The notes: generated from the letters alone by a model not told the origin. A stretch of DNA of 64,000 nt from a bacterium (GCA_016708025.1 JADJGQ010000003.1:448457-512456); one strand, 5' to 3'. Shown: positions 39,402 through 49,827, numbered from the stretch's first letter. Program-made: numbers and translations.

Positions 39402-39708
39402 CCGGTTTGGGAAGGCCGGCCAGTTTGCACGCTCCCTTGGCGGGGCCGGAGGGAAACAACTCATAGATACGGCGCAGCGGAAGACCCGATGATTTGCAGA
39501 CGGCACGGACCATGGGTGCCATATTCGTTTCCAGGAAATGCCCCCGAATAAACTCGATCACTTTCCAATGATCGGGAGTCAGCTCATCAAGTCCCTCTTC
39601 GACTTTGGCCAGAACTTTAGCGACCTCGTGGTCCCAGGCAGTCGGGTCAGAAAGAAAGCCCTCTTCGTTCAGTGCCAGAGTCTTCCCCTGTACTTCTATA
39701 TTCGACAT
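39388..39708 (-). CDS. dsrC: DsrC/TusE-family sulfur-relay protein with both C-terminal cysteines (DsrC type)
   Basis: Starts at MSNIEVQGKTLALNEEGFL and ends ...GPAKGACKLAGLPKPDGCV, the canonical C-x10-C-V arm. It has 106 aa from the ATG at 39708. Confidence 0.85.
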   Translation of the reverse strand: MSNIEVQGKTLALNEEGFLSDPTAWDHEVAKVLAKVEEGLDELTPDHWKVIEFIRGHFLETNMAPMVRAVCKSSGLPLRRIYELFPSGPAKGACKLAGLPKPDGCV

Positions 39709-39870
39709 CGCAAATACCTCCGTCGTTACCGAACCAATATACCACCAATTCTGTCTTAAGACCAACAAAATTGTCCACGATGTTTGAGTCGGTAATGTTG
39801 TGCGGGAGGCAGAGATATGATGACCGGCCGCCACAAGCTGACGGCCGGTCTGCAAGTATACTAAAGAGTA

Positions 39871-40569
39871 TTACTTCGGAAGGGATTTCATGCAGAAGAA
39901 CCAGTCGAGACACTCGTAATCGTCGCCGGCATTGTCGACACGGTCTTTCGCCACGCCGCAGGAGCCCGGAGGCGGAATGATCACTTTGTCCCCCGGACGC
40001 CAGTCCGCCGGGGTGGCTACCTTATGCTTGTCAGAGGTCTGCATGGCGACCAACAAGCGCATGATCTCGTCGAAATTCCGCCCGTTCGACAACGGATAAT
40101 AGATTAGGGCACGGATAATTGACTCAGGGTCGATGAAAAAGACCGCGCGAACCGCCTGCGTATTGCTGGCGCCCGGCTGAACCATACCGAACTTCTTGGC
40201 AACATCCATGGTCAAGTCAGCGATCACAGGGAATTTGACCTCAACGTTTTCCATCCCGCGATACTTGATCTTCTCTTTGATCGAACGAAGCCAGGCAATG
40301 TGGCTGTAGTGGGAATCGATCGACAGACCGATCAATTCGGTGTTCAGTTTCTTGAATTCCGGCTCCATGGAGGCGAAAGTCATAAACTCCGTCGTGCAAA
40401 CCGGCGTGAAATCCGCCGGATGTGAGAACAGGATCACCCATTTCCCTTTGTAGTCGGCCGGGAAATTGATCTCGCCCTGGGTGGTGACGGCATGAAAGGA
40501 CGGGGCCTTTTCGCCGATCAGCGGGACGCGAACGTCATCCGTCCTCTGTGCCAATGTCGATTCACTCAT
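39871..40569 (-). CDS. Peroxiredoxin, Prx6-like subfamily with a C-terminal CxDWxFC motif
   Basis: GKWVILFSHPADFTPVCTTEF, with C-terminal YECLDWFFC. The ATG at 40569 is preceded by AAGGAG. Confidence 0.9.
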   Translation of the reverse strand: MSESTLAQRTDDVRVPLIGEKAPSFHAVTTQGEINFPADYKGKWVILFSHPADFTPVCTTEFMTFASMEPEFKKLNTELIGLSIDSHYSHIAWLRSIKEKIKYRGMENVEVKFPVIADLTMDVAKKFGMVQPGASNTQAVRAVFFIDPESIIRALIYYPLSNGRNFDEIMRLLVAMQTSDKHKVATPADWRPGDKVIIPPPGSCGVAKDRVDNAGDDYECLDWFFCMKSLPK

Positions 40570-40600
40570 GATTTGCTCCTTGTGTATTGGTTGTTCGGTC

Positions 40601-41137
40601 TCAATTTTTCTTCTTTGTTGCTTTGCCTGTCGCCTCACTGCAGTGATGGCAGATCCCCCGCAATTCGATACGCGTCTCCTGCACCCTTCCTATCATTTGC
40701 GCTGCAGCCGGAGTTCGCAGTGCTCTGTACTCACGACTTTGGAAATCGTAGACAGTTTCGCACTGGATGCAGACAAAGTGATGGTGCGGACCGAGATTGG
40801 CATCGAAACGGATCCGATCTGGTGATGAATCAACGGTATGTAGCAGGTGCAGATCCCGGAGGAGCCGGACCGCCCGATAGACCGTATCGAGTGAAACTCG
40901 CGGAATACGCTTCTGTACTCCCTTGTAGATAGTCTCTACATCGGGATGAAGTTCGCTTGAGGCGACCGCGCGAAAGACTTCTTCGCGAGCGCGCGTCACT
41001 TTGACCTGATGCCGATCGCAGATATCGTAGAAGTGATCGATCCGCTGCGCTATTTCTTGCCCGTTTTTCAGTGCCGTCTCCAAATAAGAATCATTACTAC
41101 CACATGGATAGTACCATCTATAATCGAAATCGGCCAA
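40601..41137 (-). CDS. Fur-family metalloregulator, probably PerR-like from its context
   Basis: A winged-helix region (VTRAREEVFRAVASS...SLDTVYRAVRLL), then HHHFVCIQCETV...CHHCS. It lies 31 nt upstream of the peroxiredoxin. The TTG start is uncertain. Confidence 0.8.
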   Translation of the reverse strand: MADFDYRWYYPCGSNDSYLETALKNGQEIAQRIDHFYDICDRHQVKVTRAREEVFRAVASSELHPDVETIYKGVQKRIPRVSLDTVYRAVRLLRDLHLLHTVDSSPDRIRFDANLGPHHHFVCIQCETVYDFQSREYRALRTPAAAQMIGRVQETRIELRGICHHCSEATGKATKKKN

Positions 41138-41171
41138 TAGAAGTTCAAACTATTTCAGAAAAAACGCACCT

Positions 41172-41193
41172 TTGTATACCAAAGAGTACACAA
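41172..41193. promoter_or_regulatory. Candidate Fur/PerR operator
   Basis: Inverted repeat TTGTATAC-N6-GTACACAA (7 of 8 positions complementary), about 35 nt upstream of the regulator gene. Confidence 0.4.
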
Positions 41194-41242
41194 TGACGGG
41201 TTAAATATCGGATGAAGTTAGTCGGACTAAAACAAAGTAAGA

Positions 41243-42202
41243 CTAACGGGTGTCGGCGCGTAGCTGCGCGACAGTCGCCTTGATCCCGTCGTAGTATGAT
41301 GTGAATCGAAGAGCAGGGAGTGCGTTGCGCAATCTGCTGCCATCCAGAATGACCGGCTGCTCCTGCAAATAAGCCATCTCTTTCAACTCCCGTAGTAGCG
41401 GCGAGAAAAGCCCCAACACCGTCAACATGGTTTTGCCGACCGCCATATACTTTGGTTTATCCATTCCAAATTCAGCGTAGACTTTCTGCGCGAATTCGTG
41501 TACGGAGATGGTCTCATCTGATGCGACATTATAAGAAACGCCAAATAGCTCCGGTTGATCGATCAACCCGGTTATGACTGCACCAATATCCGGGGTATAG
41601 AAGAACTGATGCGGAGTCTCAACCGGTGCAAAGACATTGGCCGTCTTTCTTTTGGCTGCCGCGCTGAAGACCTGCCAGGCCAGGGAGTTCTCCGCGTCGA
41701 AACCGTAGAAATCGGGTAGTCGCAGTGAGAGTACCGACAGCCCATTCTGCCCGTGCGATGCCAGCGCGATATCCTCCTGCTGTTTCCGATACTCTCCCTT
41801 AACTGAACAGGGGATTCGAAGATGATCTTCGGTCACCTTTTCAGACTGCGGCAATCCGTAGGGATAGACATTGGTGATCAGGATCAACTTCTTCAGCCCG
41901 ACCTGTCGCGCCGCTTCGAGACAGACATGCATCATCGGTGGATACTGCGCAAAATCCTTCTTTGTATATGGAAGGCCTATCGCGTAGATCGCCGTGTCGA
42001 CTTCTGCAAGCGCGGAACGACATCCTTCTATCGTCGTCAGATCCGCGGTCTGGATCTCAACCGACTGACCCGCAAATGCGCGCGTCAACTTCTCCCGGCT
42101 TCGACCGACCACGCGAACAGCGAGTCCTTGTTTGAGAATTTCCGGGGTCGCTCCCTTGCCGATCGCGCCCGCCGCACCAAGGATGGCTACTTTTTTCTGC
42201 AT
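41243..42202 (-). CDS. NAD(P)-binding epimerase/dehydratase (extended SDR / NmrA-like)
   Basis: MQKKVAILGAAGAIGKG Rossmann motif. The start was moved to the ATG at 42202. Confidence 0.75.
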   Translation of the reverse strand: MQKKVAILGAAGAIGKGATPEILKQGLAVRVVGRSREKLTRAFAGQSVEIQTADLTTIEGCRSALAEVDTAIYAIGLPYTKKDFAQYPPMMHVCLEAARQVGLKKLILITNVYPYGLPQSEKVTEDHLRIPCSVKGEYRKQQEDIALASHGQNGLSVLSLRLPDFYGFDAENSLAWQVFSAAAKRKTANVFAPVETPHQFFYTPDIGAVITGLIDQPELFGVSYNVASDETISVHEFAQKVYAEFGMDKPKYMAVGKTMLTVLGLFSPLLRELKEMAYLQEQPVILDGSRLRNALPALRFTSYYDGIKATVAQLRADTR

Positions 42203-42328
42203 ATGCGGGAGTATACAAAGGCTGATTTTCGCTGTCATCAGTTTTTGATCGAATTGTCAGTGAAATTGGCTGGCCGATCCAACCTGTCCTCTTTAACTTG
42301 AGCAGAAGCCGCGACTAGAGAAAGCAGG

Positions 42329-42812
42329 ATGAACTTCAAGATGAATGAACACGCAGATGCCTTCTGGAGAGAATTTCTGGCAACTCTCCCCCCGGACCAT
42401 CACGCCCACTCGCGTCCGATCCCGGTCGCCGAAGGATTCGGTGACAATCCGGAACTTGCCGAAGAACTTGGGCAGTTGATCCATCAGGGGATCAAGACCG
42501 CCACCTGTGCCTCCCTGTGGGAACACGAATTGGAGGGATTGCCGATCCCCCAGGCGGGCCAGTACGAGATAGTCCTGGATGGTCAGAACCGGCCGCTCGC
42601 GGTCTACCTCCTGACTGAGGTGACAATCCGCCCCTTTTGACGAAGTGGATGCTTCCTTTGCATTTGAGGAAGGCGAGGGGGACCGTTCATTAGAGACTTG
42701 GCGCGAAGGGCACTGGCGGTTCTTTGGCCGCATCCTTAAGCCGCTTGGCCTCGAGGCTGACCCCAAAATGCCACTGATCTGCCAACGATTCCAAGTCGTC
42801 CATAAACGATAA
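42329..42812 (+). pseudogene. ASCH-domain protein interrupted by one frameshift
   Basis: Frame 1 ends ...LLTEVTIRPF* at 42640. The next frame, from 42639, continues DEVDASFAFEEGEGDRSLETWREGHWRFF...HKR*, which is the expected ASCH continuation. The break falls at the CCCCTTTT run (42631-42638). Confidence 0.75.
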
Positions 42813-43049
42813 AATCGGTCTATTAGTCACCCGGACAGATCAATCCACTGTTTTTGGGGGCGGCTCCGGCCGCCCAACAGATTTCGCTGCTTCGGATGCA
42901 ACATTTTGTTTCCCGGCTCGTCATTGCTAGTGAGATACCTGAAGACTCATTACGTTTGGCCGGCGCCCCTCTTTTTCAAGGTGGGGCAGGACCTCCCGGC
43001 CCGACTTGCACCGAAACAGATTCATAGGCAGTCGATCATGTACGCTTGA

Positions 43050-45351
43050 TTGACCAGGAGTGGCATCATGCGATCGATCTATGCCTTGCGGGGAACTTCC
43101 CTGGCTGGTCTGCTCATTATTGCGCTGTTCTCATCATCCCCTTCAATGGCAACATCTCTCACCGCGACAAGTTTCTCGCCGGAATTGGCGCTGAAATCCG
43201 CCACCGCTGAGATCAAAGTCGATGGCCGCATCAGTGATAGCGGATGGCAGCATGCCTCAGTGATCGATCAATTTGTGGAGATCCGACCGGGGAACAATAC
43301 CGCACCCGCAGTCGAGACCAAAGTATGGGCGACCTATGATGACCATGGCATCTATGTTGCGTTTCTCTGCAAAGATGATCCCAACAGCATTCGCTCCACT
43401 CTCTGCCAGCGCGACCAGACGACCAGCGACGACATGGTGATGATCGCCCTCGACACCTACGGCAACGGGACCTGGGCCTACGAACTGATGGTTAACCCGC
43501 ACGGGGTCCAGCGCGATCAACTCTGGTCGGTCTCTGCGCAGACCGATATCGGTTTCGATCTTGGTCTGGGAGTCCGCCGCTATGCGAACTGATTCCGGCT
43601 ATCAGGTGGAGATAGCGATCCCGTTTGCCAGCCTGCGCTTCCCCGACAGCGATCAACAATCCTGGCGGATCGACTTCCGCCGCGTTCGCCCCCGCGACAC
43701 GTACATGCAGTACGCCTGGTCGGCGGTCGATCGCAATCAGCAATGCTATCCTTGCCAGTTCGGGACGATCAGCGGAATCGAAAATGTCAATCCCGGTCGT
43801 GGGATCGAATTGCTTCCGGCGTTTGTTGGATATCGCACCGGCGAGCGTCTCTCAAGCGAATCTTTTCAGGAGCATGACCCCAAGGGCTCAATGTCACTGA
43901 CCGGTAAGTATACCACCACATCGGATATCACGATTGAGGCCGCGATCAATCCCGACTTCAGCCAGATCGAATCGGATGCCGGTCAGATCGATGTCAATTC
44001 AACTGTCGCCCTGCTCTACCCGGAGCGACGTCCCTTCTTTAATGAAGGGAGTGACATCTTCCAGACGCTCTTTAATTCATTCTATACACGCACAGTCGCC
44101 GATCCATCGTTTGCGGCCAAGATCACCGGTCGGCTACCCAAAACTCGCTTTGGACTTCTGAGCGCTGTCGATGAAAACTCTCCGTATCTCATTCCTGTCG
44201 GTGAATTCAGCCTGCCCACTTTGAACAGCGGTCGAAGCTATGTTAATGTGCTCCGTGGCACACAGACTTTGGGGAGTGGCTCTCAGATAGGGCTGATGCT
44301 GACTGACCGGCGATTCCGCCACGATGGCTCCGGCAATATCCTTTCAGGTGACTATGTCCTTCGCCTTGGGCAGAAGTATGTTATCGATGGTCAGTACCTG
44401 ATGAGCCACACGGCCGAAATGAATGAACCGACACTGACTGAGCGCTTCAACGGCATTACCTTCGATCATGGGAAATATACGGTCGATTTCGATGGCGAGT
44501 CATATTGGGGGACCGCATTCATACAGCGGATTGGACGTTACTCCGAGCACTGGAATCTGACGCTCGACTACAATCAGGTCAGTCCCAGCTATCGCACTCA
44601 CACCGGGTACGACCCCGTTAATGACCATCGAAGCAGCTCCATCTATGGTTCGGTGACAGCCCGTCCCAAGGGCGGGATCATTGAGACTTTTCAGCCCGGG
44701 GGATTTGTCTTTCGACGGTTCAACTTTGACGGCGACCGCCTGAATGAAACCAATGCCCTCAATTGCTTCGTGGGATTCCGGTTCGCGCAGTCCTCGATCT
44801 TCATGGCTTACCGCGACATATTTGAGTCTTTTGCCGGATACGACATTGACGGTCTGTATACGCTGGTTGGACAGTTCTCCGCCCGACCGCATAGTCGTCT
44901 ATCGACCTCGGTGGAGGTTTACTCCGGCACTGCCGTGACTCACTTCCTGCCCGTTCCGGAAAAGGCGAACGAATTGACGGCCGTGCTCGGCCTCAATTTC
45001 AAACCGATCGACCGGCTGACGATTGAATCAAACACAACCTATTACTCGATCTCCGATCGCGCAGCCGACACGGCATACTTTGATGGATATATCTCACGAG
45101 CGCGTATTCAGTATCAGTTCGCCAAAGAGTTGTCGATCCGACTGGTGGCTCAGTATGACGACTTTGGCCGGGTTTGGTCGGTCGATCCGCTGCTGACCTA
45201 CCGTCTCAGTCCATTCTCAGTTTTTTATGCCGGTTCAACGATGGACTATCAGGATTGGCCGGATCTCCCCAACGATCCGAATAGCCCCAGCGCATGGCGG
45301 CTGGCGCAGCGTCAATTTTTCCTGAAACTGCAGTATCTGTTTCAGGTCTAG
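43050..45351 (+). pseudogene. CBM9-like / DUF5916-type outer-membrane-associated protein interrupted by one frameshift
   Basis: IKVDGRISDSGWQHA...YDDHGIYVAFLC...DDMVMIALDTYGNGTWAYELMVNPHGVQRD ends out of frame. Frame +1 from 43561 continues VWESAAMRTDSGYQVEIAIPFASLRFP. The two ORFs together give about 770 aa. Confidence 0.7.
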
Positions 45352-45464
45352 CGTATTCTCCCACCCTCCGCCGCCCGTCAGCCCGATGGTGTAACCCACC
45401 TCGGGACCGGGCGGCGGACTCCAATTAAACCTTCTCGTCGCCCTTCTTTTGGGCGAATCCTCCG

Positions 45465-45481
45465 CAATAGTCGGACTATTG
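45465..45481. promoter_or_regulatory. Perfect 8-1-8 palindrome (candidate operator) upstream of the porin/symporter pair
   Basis: CAATAGTC-G-GACTATTG, flanked by direct repeats GAATCCTCC[G/A]CAAT. A possible promoter is TTGACT (45509-45514), 17 nt, GATATT (45532-45537). Confidence 0.35.
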
Positions 45482-45568
45482 ACGAATCCTCCACAATCAT
45501 GGTTCATCTTGACTCTGTTCGGTAATTGCCTGATATTGTCGCTTCAGGTAACGTAGGGACATTTTGCT

Positions 45569-46882
45569 ATGAACAGACATCTTGCATTTTTCTTGCTCTT
45601 GTTTCTGGTGATCTCTTCAAGTCTTGTCGAGGCCGCAGATTCAACCTCAATAGTAAAGGTCGGCGTCACGCTCCGCAGTCGTATCGAAACGACTGATTAT
45701 GCCACCAATCTTGGTTTCAATACCTCGCACTTTCCGATTTCCGGGACAAGTTACTATCGTCAACGTACTGGCCTGATGGTCCAAGTCATGCCAATTCCGA
45801 AGTACGAGTTGGGGATCAGGCTGACCAATGAATTCCGGCGCTACTTTGCCCCTACCGGCACAAAACGTACTTATGATGAAGTGGTCTTTGACCAGTTGTA
45901 TGTCAAAGGAGACAGCATTGGTGGACTGCCGCTAGCTGCAACTATCGGCCGCCAGAACATTACGCTTGGCGAAGGGTTCTTGTTCGCAGAGGGTGGTCCT
46001 CTCGATGGTTCTCGCACGGCCTATTTCAACGCGGTCAATCTGGCCTGGCAATTTTCTGCAAAGAGCACTATGCGTGTGATTTTCGCCAATCAGCAGAAAG
46101 ATGATGACATCCTTCCGGTGATCCATGACCAGCACAAGGGACTCACAGAGGGAGATGAAAAGTCCGCACTAGTCTATTTCAATACTTCGCTCGGCACTAT
46201 CAAGCTCGAGCCATATCTGATGCAGATGGAGCGTAATGCATCGAGCAAGCTCCCCCATGCCGGAATTGGATGCATCGGCCTTCGCGCCCAGGCACCAATC
46301 ACGCCGCAGATCACGATCACGGGTGAACTGGCCAAACAGTTCGGTGATTGGGGAGATCAGGATCACACAGCACTGGGTGGCTACGGCTATTTCGAGTGCA
46401 AAACCAACTGGCCACTCTATTTCCCATCGATTTTTACTGTGGGAGGCGTTTACCTCACCGGCGATGACGAGTCGACCGCAAAACATGAAGGATGGGATCC
46501 GCTCTTTGGCCGCTGGCCGAAGTGGTCCGAGTCGTATGTCTATACACTCACCAATGAGACGGGTGTTGCCTACTGGAGCAATTTTGCTTCATTGTTTCTG
46601 AAAACCTCCGCCCCGATCGGATCCGATCTGATCGCCACGATGGAGTACCATTACCTCATGGCGGACGAATGTCCAACGCAAGCGATGCGTTGGAGTTACT
46701 CAGTCTTCGCCGATGCGGTTGGCACCTCTCGCGGGGACCTGACTATTATGAAACTGAGTTACCGGATCAAGCCACGCCTGACAGGGCACATCTTGTATGA
46801 GCATTTTGACCCGGAATCATTTTATGCAGACTTCGCCAAGTCTTCCTCCTGGATGCGGATGGAAGTGATGTTGACTTTCTAA
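45569..46882 (+). CDS. Putative outer-membrane porin-like beta-barrel, family unassigned
   Basis: Signal peptide FLLLFLVISSSLVEA, beta-strand periodicity, and the ending ...RMEVMLTF. It lies 16 nt upstream of the symporter gene. Confidence 0.55.
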   Translation: MNRHLAFFLLLFLVISSSLVEAADSTSIVKVGVTLRSRIETTDYATNLGFNTSHFPISGTSYYRQRTGLMVQVMPIPKYELGIRLTNEFRRYFAPTGTKRTYDEVVFDQLYVKGDSIGGLPLAATIGRQNITLGEGFLFAEGGPLDGSRTAYFNAVNLAWQFSAKSTMRVIFANQQKDDDILPVIHDQHKGLTEGDEKSALVYFNTSLGTIKLEPYLMQMERNASSKLPHAGIGCIGLRAQAPITPQITITGELAKQFGDWGDQDHTALGGYGYFECKTNWPLYFPSIFTVGGVYLTGDDESTAKHEGWDPLFGRWPKWSESYVYTLTNETGVAYWSNFASLFLKTSAPIGSDLIATMEYHYLMADECPTQAMRWSYSVFADAVGTSRGDLTIMKLSYRIKPRLTGHILYEHFDPESFYADFAKSSSWMRMEVMLTF

Positions 46883-46898
46883 CGTCTGGATATCGACT

Positions 46899-48349
46899 AT
46901 GCTCGCAAAACTGATCATAATTTCGCTCTTTGGCCTGATGATCATTGTTATCGGGATCATCGGGATGCGACGGACCAAGACATTTTCGGATTATTTTCTC
47001 GGCGGCGGGACGATCGGACCATTCATGACCGCATTCACCTACGGCGCGGCTTACTTCTCGGCGGTGCTGTTCATCGGTTTTGCCGGAAAGGTTGGCTGGG
47101 ATTTCGGCCTCTCCGGTCTTTGGGTCGGAATCGGCAACGCCGTTGTCGGAGTACTAGGCGTCTGGTGGATCATGGGATGGCGAATCAAACAGATGTCAAC
47201 CACGTATGGTGTCGACACGATGCCGGAATTCTTCGAAAAGCGGTTCCACAGCCCGGCGTTGAAACTGTACAGTTCGATTGCCATTTTTGTTTTCTTTGTC
47301 CCGTATTCAGCCGCGGTCTTTATTGGACTGACCTACCTCTTTCAAGTGAATTTCGGCATAGACTTCGGCCTGGCTCTTCTCTTCATGGGGATCTTCACTG
47401 CGCTCTACCTGGTCATGGGCGGATATAAGTCGATGACTATGATCGACGTCATTTTTGGGATCATCATGGCTATCGGTACGGTTGTACTCCTGGCGACAAC
47501 ACTGGATAAGACCGGCGGGTTCAGTATGCTCAAGACCGATCTGAGCGCAATACATCCAAAACTGATCGACCCGGTTGGCCCTCCCGGACTCTGGCCGCTC
47601 TTTTCGCTCGTCTTCCTGACTTCAGTGGCGCCGTTCGCCATGCCGCAATTGGTGCAGAAGTTTTATGCGATCAAAGATCAACGCTCGATCCATATCGGGA
47701 TGGTAGCGTCAACGCTGTTTGCGCTCTTGATCGGCGGCGTTGCTTATTTTTCCGGCGCAACCTGCCGCGTGTTGATGTCTCCGGAATCTTCTCCCTCTGC
47801 ATTCAGTAACGGCAAACCTATCTTCGATGCACTCATGCCCGAGCTGCTGGCCAATATCATTCCGCAGTCGCTCTCTATTCTGATGTTGCTGTTGATCCTG
47901 TCGGCCTCTATGTCCACGCTGGCGGCACTGGTTCTGATCTCCAGTTCATCGGTCGCCAAGGATGTCTATGCCGGCTTCATTAATAAGAAGGTTACCGATA
48001 GACAACTGACCATGCTGATGCGAATCTGTTCTGCCGTCTTCGTATTGCTTTCGGTGGTCCTGGCCTACTTCAAGCCAGCATCCATCGTGGCTATTCTGGG
48101 AATTTCGTGGGGAGCGATAGGCTCGGCGTTTTTGGGACCGTTCGTTTGGGGTCTTCTCTGGAAACGGACCTCCAAACTGGCGGCGATCACATCATCGGTG
48201 GTCAGCCTGGCGCTCTGCGTCGGGCTGTATATTAGTGGGACCCCTCACCGCAGGCAGGGACGATCGGAATGCTCGCCTCCCTTATCTCTGCTCCGTTGAT
48301 CAGCCTGGTTCTGCCCGACCGGCAGGCTGCGTCCGCGCAGAACCGATAG
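46899..48349 (+). pseudogene. Sodium:solute symporter (SSS) family transporter with a frameshift near the 3' end
   Basis: Multi-TM SSS-like sequence. After ...GLYIS (about 48236) the track frame reads GTPHRRQGRSECS*. The frame starting at 48239 instead reads DPSPQAGTIGMLASLISAPLISLVLPDRQAASAQNR*, a plausible last TM helix. Confidence 0.75.
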
Positions 48350-48413
48350 CGCGGTTCACTCCTCTGCTACTCTATACTATAATAGAGGAGCGGTCCAGAA
48401 AACCGGACTACTG

Positions 48414-48758
48414 TCAGTCCTTTTCTTCGGCGTAGCCGCTGAGCACCCGATTGACGTGGGAGCAAACATTGTCACACAACGAAAAGACCCTCGGATTGGC
48501 AATAGAATAGAGGACGAAAGACCCCTGTTTCGTCTTTTTGACCATACCGGCGCGGGCAAGGATCCCGAGGTGACGGGAGATATTCGGCTGGGTCCAGTCG
48601 AACAGCGCGACCAGATCCTGTACCGATTTTTCCCCGGACTTCAAGGCCCGCAGGAGTTTAAGCCGGGTCGGGTCGGACAATGCCTGGAAGCATCCGGCGA
48701 CCAGTTCGAGCATTTGCTCGGGCATCTGCGAAAAATCTGTTGCTTTTTTTGTTGGCAC
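48414..48758 (-). CDS. ArsR/SmtB-family transcriptional regulator
   Basis: FQALSDPTRLKLLRALKSGEKSVQDLVALFDWTQPNISRHLGILARAGMV. Divergent from the efflux genes. Confidence 0.85.
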   Translation of the reverse strand: MPTKKATDFSQMPEQMLELVAGCFQALSDPTRLKLLRALKSGEKSVQDLVALFDWTQPNISRHLGILARAGMVKKTKQGSFVLYSIANPRVFSLCDNVCSHVNRVLSGYAEEKD

Positions 48759-48778
48759 ATTTATATATAACTATATGT
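48757..48778. promoter_or_regulatory. AT-rich imperfect palindrome, candidate ArsR operator
   Basis: ACATTTATATATAACTATATGT (ACAT...ATGT ends) in the divergent region between the ArsR and MFP genes. Confidence 0.35.
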
Positions 48779-48831
48779 TTATCTGTTTGTCAAGAGCCGA
48801 CAAAAAAAAAGTTGACCATAAAGGAAGAGGT

Positions 48832-49827
48832 ATGAGAACAACCCTGTTACTTTCCGGATTGCTGCTCGCCGCGGCGCTCACCGGATGTAGTTCCAGCGAA
48901 CAGACGGCGAATACCGCAACCGGAACCCCCAAGCCGGTCAGCGCGGTCAAAGCGGATCGTCTGACGACCGGCGCGCATGACGAGATCATGGGGACAGTCC
49001 GCGCCCGCAACACCGCCGACCTGAGCACCAAGGTTCAGGCGCGCATCGACCGGATCCCGGTAGTGATCGGCAGTCGGGTAAACAGAGGCGGCACACTGGC
49101 CGAACTGGATACCCGCGAATTCAAGGCCCGCGTTCAGCAGGCGCGCGCCGTGAAGGAGCAAGCCGATCTGGATCTGACCCGCTACACGTCGCTATTGGAC
49201 AAAGATGCCGTCACCAAGCAGGAGTTTGACGCAGTCAAGGCGCGGGCATCGGTAGCAGAAGCGAATCTCGATGAAGCCGAAGCGCTCATGAGCTACGCGA
49301 CAATCACCGCCCCCTTCTCCGGAGTCGTGACACGCAAGATGGTTGATGTCGGCGATTTGGCGATACCCGGCCAGCCGCTTTTCACTCTCGAGGAAGAATC
49401 AGCGCCGCAGTTTGTGGTCACCATTCCGGAATCACAGCGCACTAAGATCGCTATCGGCGATCAGGTGCAGGTAGAAATATCATCGCTGGACACCGCCATC
49501 ACCGGCACGGTGAAGGAGCTCTCCCCCAGCGCAGACCCGGTGACCCGGTCGTTTATCGTGAAGATCGATCTTCCAGCCTCGATCGCGCGCCCCGGCCAAT
49601 TCGGTCGGTTGCTTCTTTCTGTCGGAGGGGATGAGTCGATCTACATTCCCAGCGCGGCGCTGGTTCGTCTTAATGCGGAGAATGTCGCGGTGCTTAAGTT
49701 TGTCCGAACTGGACGTTCCCTTGGCGACAAGATCGAGATTCTTGCCGGACTGGAGAGCCACGACCTGGTCGTGACCCGTGGATTGACCGGTCTAGTCGAT
49801 GGCGACAAAGTTGAGGTCCAGCCATGA
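48832..49827 (+). CDS. RND efflux periplasmic adaptor (membrane fusion protein), lipoprotein
   Basis: ATG at 48832 after GGAAGAGG. Lipobox AALTGC. Typical hairpin and lipoyl motifs ([14 protein letters not shown]..., [10 protein letters not shown]). ATGA overlap with the permease. Confidence 0.85.
   Translation: MRTTLLLSGLLLAAALTGCSSSEQTANTATGTPKPVSAVKADRLTTGAHDEIMGTVRARNTADLSTKVQARIDRIPVVIGSRVNRGGTLAELDTREFKARVQQARAVKEQADLDLTRYTSLLDKDAVTKQEFDAVKARASVAEANLDEAEALMSYATITAPFSGVVTRKMVDVGDLAIPGQPLFTLEEESAPQFVVTIPESQRTKIAIGDQVQVEISSLDTAITGTVKELSPSADPVTRSFIVKIDLPASIARPGQFGRLLLSVGGDESIYIPSAALVRLNAENVAVLKFVRTGRSLGDKIEILAGLESHDLVVTRGLTGLVDGDKVEVQP

Noticed and set aside
42858-42875. GC-rich hairpin GGGCGGC-TCCG-GCCGCCC after the ASCH gene as a terminator
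   Set aside because: It is followed by AACAG rather than a T run on the plus strand, and by CCAAAAA on the minus strand. It may be a structural element but not a canonical intrinsic terminator.
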